UHGV virus genome: UHGV-0148168
Length of the DNA: 13,309 nucleotides
Origin: a virus
Strand: one strand, 5' to 3'
In this document: piece by piece, positions 1-6,327 of the stretch
Layout: each line of letters opens with the position of its first letter
How positions within the stretch are numbered: the stretch's first letter is position 1
Notes under the pieces: model-generated
What the model saw: the letters and a program-made list of their open reading frames with translations, nothing else
Told to the model about the DNA's origin: nothing
Databases searched by the model: none
Position numbers and translations under genes: made by a program

Positions 1-49
1 ACGAGATCTAGTACGGTCTCGTGGGCTCGGAGATGTGTATAAGAGACAG
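1..49. other. Synthetic Illumina Nextera adapter: P7 tail (ACGAGAT), 8-nt index CTAGTACG, read-2 transposase adapter ending in the mosaic end AGATGTGTATAAGAGACAG. Not phage sequence.
   Basis: 16..49 reads GTCTCGTGGGCTCGGAGATGTGTATAAGAGACAG, which I recognise as the Nextera read-2 adapter; 1..15 fits the end of the P7 primer plus an 8-nt index. Confidence 0.95.
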
Positions 50-77
50 ATTCAGAACTATACATATTAACCTCTAA

Positions 78-371
78 TTACTCACCTACCACTTCAGCGA
101 TGATATTTTTATTATTAAAGTTTTTATCGCAATACAGAACATAATTATACTGCATTACACCACCAGATTTAAGTTGTTTTTGCACTTCAGCTTTCATTTC
201 AGGACGATCACGTTCAACGATATTCATAATATCCGCTTCAATTTGAATTTCAACTTCAGTCTGATCTGCAGTCATAGACCATTCGCACAAATCTTTGTCA
301 TAACCCGCCATAGCAGGCTGAGCAGCGCAAGAAGATAAAGCAAAAATTGCAGCAAAGATAAATTTTTTCAT
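78..371 (-). CDS. sp: Spackle (Sp), periplasmic superinfection-exclusion protein that inhibits incoming gp5 lysozyme; 97 aa
   Basis: ATG start with GAGGAG Shine-Dalgarno upstream. N-terminal signal peptide MKKFIFAAIFALSSCAAQPAMA. Length 97 aa and position (two genes downstream of dmd, after gene 41) match T4 sp (61.3) as I recall it. Confidence 0.75.
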   Translation of the reverse strand: MKKFIFAAIFALSSCAAQPAMAGYDKDLCEWSMTADQTEVEIQIEADIMNIVERDRPEMKAEVQKQLKSGGVMQYNYVLYCDKNFNNKNIIAEVVGE

Positions 372-399
372 GATAATCTCCTCAGTAGTTTATGTTTAT

Positions 400-429
400 A
401 TAGTATCTCAATTTCCAATAAAAGTAAAC
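400..429 (-). promoter_or_regulatory. Candidate sigma70-type early promoter for sp: -35 GTTTAC (429..424), 18-nt spacer, -10 TACTAT (405..400)
   Basis: Minus strand reads GTTTAC-N18-TACTAT, starting 3 nt after the stop of the upstream ORF and about 30 nt before the sp ATG. The same GTTTAC-N18-TACTAT arrangement recurs at 6998..7027. Confidence 0.4.
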
Positions 430-431
430 AG

Positions 432-689
432 TTATTTTAAAACTTCTGCATAATCACATGTTACAAACTGTTTCTCTAACTTGGCGATTTTACGAAAGTA
501 TCTTTTGCATTGACGAATCTGTCGCTTTGTAGGGCGCACAGCAAACTTAATAAATTCCACTCGACCAAATGGAGGGCTTTCTTCTGCTGGAATATCTAGC
601 ACCAATTCCCACGTATCTGCAATAAGTGCTTTGAATTGAGTATTTTTCCTGACGTTATACGGAGTAGGTTTAAATAAAACAATATGCAT
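432..689 (-). CDS. Hypothetical basic 85-aa protein at the position of T4 gene 61.4 (between dmd and sp); function unknown
   Basis: ATG at 689..687 lies 1 nt after the dmd stop (TAA-T-ATG), with a GAGG Shine-Dalgarno inside the last dmd codons. The ORF fills the gap between dmd and sp. No motif recognised. Confidence 0.55.
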   Translation of the reverse strand: MHIVLFKPTPYNVRKNTQFKALIADTWELVLDIPAEESPPFGRVEFIKFAVRPTKRQIRQCKRYFRKIAKLEKQFVTCDYAEVLK

Positions 690-690
690 A

Positions 691-873
691 TTATCCTCGG
701 CAATCTACTTCACATACTTTCTTGTCATCAATGAAAGCTTTAACTAATGCTTTATTAACTTCAGCATATTGAGTAGTAGCCCATTGAACGTCATCTTTCA
801 TCATTGTGGTTTCTTTAGTAAACATGCTTTCATTTTTAAACCACCCCATAAAAACTACCTTTACCAATTCCAT
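691..873 (-). CDS. dmd: Dmd (discriminator of mRNA degradation), 60-aa antitoxin that neutralises host RnlA/LsoA RNase toxins
   Basis: Exactly 60 aa, sequence MELVKVVFMGWFKNESMFTKE... matches my recollection of T4 Dmd (gene 61.5). Sits immediately downstream of gene 41 as in T4. GGAG Shine-Dalgarno before the ATG. Confidence 0.75.
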   Translation of the reverse strand: MELVKVVFMGWFKNESMFTKETTMMKDDVQWATTQYAEVNKALVKAFIDDKKVCEVDCRG

Positions 874-894
874 AACAATCTCCCCATTTAACCA

Positions 895-920
895 ACAAGA
901 CTACTATACCATAGTCTTGT
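895..920 (-). repeat. Perfect inverted repeat (9-bp arms ACAAGACTA / TAGTCTTGT, 8-nt loop) in the gene 41-dmd intergenic region; predicted mRNA stem-loop
   Basis: Read directly: plus 895..903 acaagacta and 912..920 tagtcttgt are reverse complements. Located between the gene 41 stop (932) and the dmd Shine-Dalgarno. No U-tract follows on the transcribed strand. Confidence 0.6.
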
Positions 921-931
921 CAGCTTGTAAA

Positions 932-2359
932 CTAAAATTTTAATTCATTTGCCAAAGCATCTAACTGAGCTCGAGTGGATTCATTTCTTTGATAGCGATT
1001 CTGCTCAGCCTGAATCTGCTGTGAACCTGCTACTTCACTCACTTCAGTTGGAGTAGAATCTTGTTCAATTTCTACCCATTTTTGATTTCCTTTTTGAACA
1101 CCCATCAAAAACTTATTCCACTTATTCTTATCGCCATATCGTGATTTGATTTGCTTAATAAGTTGTTGTTCAGCAGCTGCTAGCTCCTCGGTTTCAATGA
1201 CCGCAAGCATAAAATCAGCTGTTGCTGGAAGACCAGCAGATTCTGCAATATCGCTCATGTTAACATCGGAAGAGTCCCAAGCTTGTTTACCAACCTGTGC
1301 TGCAGTCCAAAGAACAGTTTCGGTTTCAACAGCCAGAGCACGCAATTCCTCTGCAATAGCTTTAACAGTTGTGTAACTATTTTCTGAATAAACTCTAATA
1401 CGGCAAGATTTACAAATACCTAGATAGTCGACAATAATGATTGTTGGAACAAAATTCTTCTTGAGCTTTAATTCATTTAAAAGTGATCGAAATGTATTAG
1501 CGTCTGCTCCACCAGTAGGATATTGCTTAACGATTAAACGACCAAGGGTAGATTTCTCACGCCATTTTTCCATTTTTCCTTTATACTCAGCGTAAGAAAT
1601 ATGTCCATCATCAATATCGTCAAGAGAAACATCGAGCATGTTAGCATCAATACGTTTAGCACAGACTTCTTCTGCCATTTCCATGGAGATATAAAGAACG
1701 TTATGACCAAGCTGCAAATAATCTGCTGCTAATGAACAAAGTCCTAATGATTTACCAACGTTAACGCCAGCCATTAAAACGTTCAGTGTTCCAGTCTCAG
1801 CTCCGCCTTTAGTAATTTTGTTTAGAATTCTGAGTTTAAATGGAACCTTACGAGCTTTATTCATATAAGATAGCCAACGTGCTTCATAGTCATCCATCCA
1901 ATCATGACCAACGTAGCTATCAAATGAAATTGATAATGCTTGACGCATAATGTCAGGAATAGCACCAACATCCGGCATTTTCTTATTTCGTTTTTCCGGA
2001 GGAAGCTCAGCATTAGTTTGAATTTCGATTATTTTAGACGTAGCATTAAACATCGCCCTTTGCTGAACATATTTTTCTGTTTCTTTTATTAACCAACTGT
2101 GATCTTCCGGAGAATCAGTCAGTTTTGAAATAAGTGTTTTTACACCAGAATATTCTGTTTCAGTAAATGAACTATTTTCTAATGCAACATTTAACGCATT
2201 AATAGATGGAACGCTATGATACTCATTAACATGAGATTTAATTAATTTGAATGTATTTTTAGCTGGACCACTTTCAAAATATTCTGAATCCATATATGGC
2301 CAAACTTTTGAAAAATAAGCTTGATCAAATATGAGATGAGAAAGAATAATTTCTACCAC
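932..2359 (-). CDS. 41: Gene 41 replicative DNA helicase (DnaB-like, primase-helicase component), 475 aa; apparent GTG start
   Basis: Walker A motif GVNVGKS. Length 475 aa and N-terminus MVEIILSHLIF match T4 gp41 as I recall it. The first codon is GTG (plus 2357..2359 = cac) with a strong AAGGAG Shine-Dalgarno 5 nt upstream. Confidence 0.9.
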   Translation of the reverse strand: MVEIILSHLIFDQAYFSKVWPYMDSEYFESGPAKNTFKLIKSHVNEYHSVPSINALNVALENSSFTETEYSGVKTLISKLTDSPEDHSWLIKETEKYVQQRAMFNATSKIIEIQTNAELPPEKRNKKMPDVGAIPDIMRQALSISFDSYVGHDWMDDYEARWLSYMNKARKVPFKLRILNKITKGGAETGTLNVLMAGVNVGKSLGLCSLAADYLQLGHNVLYISMEMAEEVCAKRIDANMLDVSLDDIDDGHISYAEYKGKMEKWREKSTLGRLIVKQYPTGGADANTFRSLLNELKLKKNFVPTIIIVDYLGICKSCRIRVYSENSYTTVKAIAEELRALAVETETVLWTAAQVGKQAWDSSDVNMSDIAESAGLPATADFMLAVIETEELAAAEQQLIKQIKSRYGDKNKWNKFLMGVQKGNQKWVEIEQDSTPTEVSEVAGSQQIQAEQNRYQRNESTRAQLDALANELKF

Positions 2360-2368
2360 ACTTACTCC

Positions 2369-2707
2369 TTAAAAGAATTTAAATTTTTTCTTTGACCTTT
2401 TATTAAATGCATCTTGCAGTTGCATTGTAATACATTTTTCTACATGAGGAGCTAACTCAGCTTTTCTTTCTTGGTCAAGAACAGCAAAGTCCATTACAAC
2501 CTTTCCATCAACCCAATCCAGTTTAGTTACATACACTATATGTGTAGAACCATCTTCTAGTTTAATGACAATCTCCTGGATAACATTTTCCATAGCGGAT
2601 TTAATTATCTTAAGAGACTCATTAAAAAGACGTTCTTTTCTTTCTTCTTCCCCCTCCGAAGAGGGGGATTCATCGATAATTTCTAAATCTAAATCATCTT
2701 TACTCAT
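2369..2707 (-). CDS. 40: Gene 40-like protein (T4 gp40, head vertex assembly chaperone); most likely ATG start at 2707 (112 aa), with the track's 118-aa version starting at a GTG at 2725
   Basis: Position between uvsX and gene 41 as in T4. The ATG at 2707..2705 overlaps the last uvsX codons; the track's first codon is GTG. The start choice is uncertain; identity rests on synteny only. Confidence 0.55.
   Translation of the reverse strand: MSKDDLDLEIIDESPSSEGEEERKERLFNESLKIIKSAMENVIQEIVIKLEDGSTHIVYVTKLDWVDGKVVMDFAVLDQERKAELAPHVEKCITMQLQDAFNKRSKKKFKFF
2650..2667 (-). other. GC-rich RNA hairpin CCCCCUC-UUCG-GAGGGGG (7-bp stem, UUCG tetraloop) inside the 5' coding region of gene 40, 32 nt downstream of the uvsX stop
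   Basis: Read directly: plus 2650..2656 ccccctc, 2657..2660 cgaa, 2661..2667 gaggggg. On the mRNA strand this is a perfect stem with a UUCG loop and encodes SPSSEGE in the gene 40 frame. Confidence 0.7.
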
Positions 2708-3881
2708 TAAATTCTTCCATATCACTTAACTGCTCGAGGTCAGTTTCTAAATCAGCTGCTGATTTACTTTTACTTTCTGGAGATTTAAATTTTTCAACCT
2801 TTGAGTTAATCAATTCATCAACTTCAGCTTCAACAATTTCATTACTATCAATAGCACCTAACTGATAAGCACGTTTAATAGCATCTCGGAATGGTTGATG
2901 CTTAAATAAAGGACCCCAGAATGTAGTGCAGTTGGTATCTTTTGCACGCCAAGATTTTTCTTCGCGAATCATCTCGCCGGTTTCTTCATCAAGAAATTCA
3001 CGAGCATACCAGCCATTTTTAGGTTTTACTACAAATCCTAATTCTAGAGCCATATCTAACAATCCAGAATAAGGATCGATACCACCGTCAAATTTAACAT
3101 CAATAAAGAATTTACTTTTTTCTTTAACGGTACGAGATTTTTCTACATTTAGAACAAATTGATACCCCTGAAGATCAGAACCATCTTTAATCTGACGCTT
3201 ACCGATAATGAATACAGTATCAGCTGAATACATTACGCCTGTACCACCTGTCATCACGGTTTTACTAAACATTTCAATGGTTTCAATTGTATGGTTAACC
3301 GCAACGCACGGAATATTTTTAATGCTAAAATAAGGAGTAACAATACGGAATAATGACTTCAGTGATTTAGCACGAGTCATATCTGCCACAGATTTTTCAT
3401 TCAAGGCATCTTCCGTTTCTTTCTTAGAAGCCATATTACCAATTGAGTCGATGAATACAATAACCTTTTCACCACGCTCAATAGCTTCAAGCTGATTCAC
3501 CATATCAATTTTCAGCTGTTCAACTGACTGGATTGGTGTATGAATTACTCGTTCCGGGTCAACTCCCATGGATCGCAAATAAGCTGGAGTAATACCAAAT
3601 TCGCTATCATAGAATAGACAAACTGCATCAGGATATTTGTTCAAATACGCTGCAACCATAGTCAAAGACATATTTGATTTAAAGTGTTTAGAAGGCCCTG
3701 CGAAAATAGTTAAACCAGACTGCATTCCACCATCAATCGCACCGGAAATAGCGATATTAAGCATTGGGATTTTTGTACGGATTACATCCTTTTCATTAAA
3801 GAATTTAGATGTAGTCAGTTCAGCAGTCATTTTAGAAGTGGAAGCTTTAATCAAACGGGATTTTAAATCTGCAATAGACAT
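2700..3881 (-). CDS. uvsX: UvsX recombinase (RecA/Rad51 homolog), 393 aa
   Basis: RecA-type Walker A GPSKHFKS. Length and N-terminal sequence MSIADLKSRLIKASTSK match T4 UvsX as I recall it (about 391 aa). Lies between the glycosyltransferase gene and gene 40 as in T4. Confidence 0.92.
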   Translation of the reverse strand: MSIADLKSRLIKASTSKMTAELTTSKFFNEKDVIRTKIPMLNIAISGAIDGGMQSGLTIFAGPSKHFKSNMSLTMVAAYLNKYPDAVCLFYDSEFGITPAYLRSMGVDPERVIHTPIQSVEQLKIDMVNQLEAIERGEKVIVFIDSIGNMASKKETEDALNEKSVADMTRAKSLKSLFRIVTPYFSIKNIPCVAVNHTIETIEMFSKTVMTGGTGVMYSADTVFIIGKRQIKDGSDLQGYQFVLNVEKSRTVKEKSKFFIDVKFDGGIDPYSGLLDMALELGFVVKPKNGWYAREFLDEETGEMIREEKSWRAKDTNCTTFWGPLFKHQPFRDAIKRAYQLGAIDSNEIVEAEVDELINSKVEKFKSPESKSKSAADLETDLEQLSDMEEFNE

Positions 3882-3934
3882 TCATTTTTTCCATAGGCAT
3901 CATTATATTTTCCTCACTGGTTAAAGATAGAGTA

Positions 3935-3958
3935 ATTATAACACAATAAATTTAGGCA
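3935..3958 (-). promoter_or_regulatory. Candidate promoter for uvsX: extended -10 TGTTATAAT (3943..3935) with an upstream MotA-box-like TGCCTAA (3958..3952)
   Basis: Minus strand reads TGCCTAAATTTATTGTGTTATAAT about 50 nt before the uvsX ATG: a perfect TATAAT with a TGn extension, and a TGCTT-like element near -30. uvsX is a middle-mode gene in T4 (established knowledge). Confidence 0.35.
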
Positions 3959-4801
3959 TTAATCAACTGCTATTGGATGAATAGCATTAAACTTATGAAA
4001 TGCTTCTGATTTTTCTTTACGCGAAACACACATGCGAAGAACCTTTAATGGTTCATCTTCTTCACCCAACGATTTTCGTTTTTCAATATTAGAAGTTTTC
4101 CAACGAGCTTGCTCTGGAAACTCTCTATTGATTTGCTCAAGCGCTCTATTATGTTTAGAATTACTACGAATTGAACTACATCCACCGGGAGCGTGTGATT
4201 TTCCAGATACAACTAGATATTTGAACAAGGCCAAATGCGGATAACCTTGATTAATTAAATTGAGAAATGCATACATATCTTCGCATAAATCAATTTTTCC
4301 ATACCCAATTTGTTCTGTCGTAAGTTTTCCGAGGTCATACCATGTATTCGTGAATCCATATGAGTTTTCACGATAATTACCCCAAGATGAAGTAATTTTA
4401 AAAATTGGTAGACGAGCATGACCGTGATAATACCCGCAATCCATGGCATCTTCAACATATTGAATCAATTCATAGAACTGTTCACGAGTTAATTGATTAA
4501 TTTTATCTACGCGCCGTTTATCGTCTCTCTTTCGTATTGAACTCATACGAATAGTAGTATCATCATCAATCATCCATATTCGTTGACCTGCATACATATC
4601 AGTAATTGCTTTACGAGTACCGGAAATTCCATTAACATCATCAGGAATAGTTACAATTTTAGCTCTAGACCCATAAGCATCATAATAAGCTTTTTCTTCG
4701 TGTTCACGCACTACAATATGGGGTTCATAATCAGTCGGAAACATATCAAGGGCAGAAACTGCCCCTACACGCTGATAACTTGGAATTACGAATTGAATCA
4801 T
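3959..4801 (-). CDS. Putative DNA-modifying glycosyltransferase of GT-A type, 280 aa, at the locus where T4 carries beta-glucosyltransferase
   Basis: N-terminal FVIPSYQR followed about 75 residues later by WMIDDD (DxD) is the GT-A fold signature. T4 beta-gt is 351 aa and GT-B, and does not resemble this. Placement between uvsX and gene 42 suggests a hydroxymethylcytosine glucosylation enzyme such as the T2/T6-type beta-glucosyl-HMC-alpha-glucosyltransferase (uncertain recall). Confidence 0.5.
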   Translation of the reverse strand: MIQFVIPSYQRVGAVSALDMFPTDYEPHIVVREHEEKAYYDAYGSRAKIVTIPDDVNGISGTRKAITDMYAGQRIWMIDDDTTIRMSSIRKRDDKRRVDKINQLTREQFYELIQYVEDAMDCGYYHGHARLPIFKITSSWGNYRENSYGFTNTWYDLGKLTTEQIGYGKIDLCEDMYAFLNLINQGYPHLALFKYLVVSGKSHAPGGCSSIRSNSKHNRALEQINREFPEQARWKTSNIEKRKSLGEEDEPLKVLRMCVSRKEKSEAFHKFNAIHPIAVD

Positions 4802-5439
4802 TTAAGTGCCTTACATTTGTCAAAATGGTATCTTGTCATATTTGGCCCACGTCCTTTTAGTCCGCAATGCGGACATATTTTTTCTATCAAATTATGAGGT
4901 TTTCCTTTACGATTTTTAGACATCGTTTCTTTAATTATTTTAGCTTTTTCTGCGCCAAAAATTTCTTCATAAGTTTTACCAGAATTTTCCTTTGCTCGAT
5001 TTATAATTCCATATGCCTGCTCATTTTTACCATACATTGGATTACCTTCGCCTTTCATTCTTTTAGAATGATCAGGACGCTTGATTCCACGAAAGGCATT
5101 TCCGCACTTATATCTTTCTTCTGGAGATAGTTTTTTACCGTACATTCCATTTAATTTGCCTGGAAAACTTCCTCCCCATGCTTCATTCTTTAAATTATAT
5201 GAATCCGGACAATTAGCAGCATCTAAACAAGTTAAAATAATTTCTTCAACCTGTCTAAACATTGGTCCTTCATATAATATTTCTTTATTAAAGGATTTTA
5301 TTCCATATTTCTTTTTAGCATGTTGCCAAACTACACCCGAACCATCATAATTTGGGTTGTGACCATCATGACTTCCTATATACCACTTTTTAGTTTTAGG
5401 ATGTTTATACTTATAAACATGTGGCACATTTACTTCCAT
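4798..5439 (-). CDS. GIY-YIG family homing endonuclease (Seg-like), 213 aa, with NUMOD-like repeats and a C-terminal CxxC zinc-finger-like motif
   Basis: N-terminal VYKYKHPKTKKWYIGS fits the GIY...YIG motif. Repeated G-x-YGK/basic modules (NGMYGKK, NPMYGKN) and C-terminal CPHCG...DKC. The start overlaps the gene 42 end by 10 nt and the stop overlaps the glycosyltransferase start (ATGA), with no own promoter; typical of free-standing phage homing-endonuclease genes. Confidence 0.7.
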   Translation of the reverse strand: MEVNVPHVYKYKHPKTKKWYIGSHDGHNPNYDGSGVVWQHAKKKYGIKSFNKEILYEGPMFRQVEEIILTCLDAANCPDSYNLKNEAWGGSFPGKLNGMYGKKLSPEERYKCGNAFRGIKRPDHSKRMKGEGNPMYGKNEQAYGIINRAKENSGKTYEEIFGAEKAKIIKETMSKNRKGKPHNLIEKICPHCGLKGRGPNMTRYHFDKCKALK

Positions 5440-6170
5440 TTTCCAGTATAATCCTTTTTAGCAATATGAGTTTCACCAGTGTTCCACCAATGGTCAACTA
5501 AATAAAACTGATTTTCGTACACATGAAGACTTCCAACGTTCCATATAATAGAACCTGCTTTATATTGCCGCGATGGGTCGCCTGCATTCAAATCAGATAC
5601 TAATTTATCTAGTACGTATTTTTGCCATGCATAATCATTACGATAGCCTGCCCAGCAGTCATTGCTTCTCATATTAACAACTGCATTGACTTTCTTATCA
5701 CGAATCAGGTACTGTACTGTATTAGTACACATGAAATCTGACATACCATCTTTATTGTAGTCAAATTGCATGGATGGACGAGTATAAATCATGATACCAC
5801 GTCGAGAATCAGGATTTTGACCAAGTTCAGCTAAACACATATCATACTGGGCATAGTTATCTTCTGACCAGATAGCCCAGCCATAATTCGAGTTAATTTC
5901 ACCTTTAGAAGATGCTACTTGTTGCCAAATCTTCGGTGTTTCACCCGGAATATCTTTAACGAACAAGCTCTTAGATTTATACCATTCAAGTTCACGCTGA
6001 ATGTATTCATCATTAAGAGCGCCAAAAATAAACGGTTCATCTGCTACAAATGATGCGCCAATAATTTCAATAGTTTTAACGCCAGTTTTATCAACTACGA
6101 AATCTTTTTCTTTTAATGCAAGCCCCAAATGAAGACGGATTTCTTCAACTGTCATAGAGTCATTAATCAT
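5430..6170 (-). CDS. 42: Gene 42 dCMP hydroxymethylase (thymidylate-synthase fold), 246 aa
   Basis: Length 246 aa equals T4 gp42. The sequence matches my recollection of T4 dCMP hydroxymethylase, including the FMCTNT region carrying the catalytic cysteine. GAGG Shine-Dalgarno before the ATG. Confidence 0.85.
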   Translation of the reverse strand: MINDSMTVEEIRLHLGLALKEKDFVVDKTGVKTIEIIGASFVADEPFIFGALNDEYIQRELEWYKSKSLFVKDIPGETPKIWQQVASSKGEINSNYGWAIWSEDNYAQYDMCLAELGQNPDSRRGIMIYTRPSMQFDYNKDGMSDFMCTNTVQYLIRDKKVNAVVNMRSNDCWAGYRNDYAWQKYVLDKLVSDLNAGDPSRQYKAGSIIWNVGSLHVYENQFYLVDHWWNTGETHIAKKDYTGKWK

Positions 6171-6177
6171 TTAAACC

Positions 6178-6327
6178 TCAATTGATGCATTCATATTTAA
6201 ATTGTAACAGTAATAAACCCCACCCTATGATAAGAGTTGGAATCATAGCAGGAACTGTTACGCTATAGTATATACTTATTATAACCATCAAGATTAAAAG
6301 CAATGCTGCTATAATTTTGCTTTTCAT
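6178..6327 (-). CDS. Small hydrophobic ORF, 49 aa (MKSKIIAALLLILMVIISIYYSVTVPAMIPTLIIGWGLLLLQFKYECIN), predicted membrane peptide; absent from the supplied ORF track
   Basis: Hand-translated codon by codon from the minus strand. The ATG at 6327..6325 overlaps the imm stop (ATGA); the TGA stop at 6180..6178 forms part of the gene 42 Shine-Dalgarno (TGAGG). It exactly fills the imm-42 gap and has two hydrophobic stretches. Confidence 0.45.
   Translation of the reverse strand: MKSKIIAALLLILMVIISIYYSVTVPAMIPTLIIGWGLLLLQFKYECIN

Noticed and set aside
50-65. Possible start of a further minus-strand gene (ATG at 65..63 with a GAGG Shine-Dalgarno) downstream of sp
   Set aside because: Only five codons remain before the adapter junction, too little to call a feature.
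1146-1376. Plus-strand 76-aa ORF inside gene 41
   Set aside because: Lies wholly antisense to the strongly supported helicase gene, has no Shine-Dalgarno, and encodes a low-complexity Cys/Ser/Ala-rich peptide typical of antisense frames.
3637-3924. Plus-strand 95-aa ORF overlapping the uvsX start
   Set aside because: Antisense to uvsX and to its 5' UTR, with no ribosome binding site; its composition is that of a reverse-frame artefact.
4032-4244. Plus-strand 70-aa ORF inside the glycosyltransferase gene
   Set aside because: Antisense to a supported gene, with no initiation signals.
4255-4458. Minus-strand 67-aa ORF in an alternative frame within the glycosyltransferase gene
   Set aside because: Fully nested out of frame inside a longer supported CDS; no independent start signals.
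4583-5350. Three plus-strand ORFs (104, 87 and 89 aa) across the glycosyltransferase and homing-endonuclease region
   Set aside because: All antisense to supported minus-strand genes, Phe/Ile/Ser-rich as expected for the reverse complement of AT-rich coding DNA, with no Shine-Dalgarno sequences.
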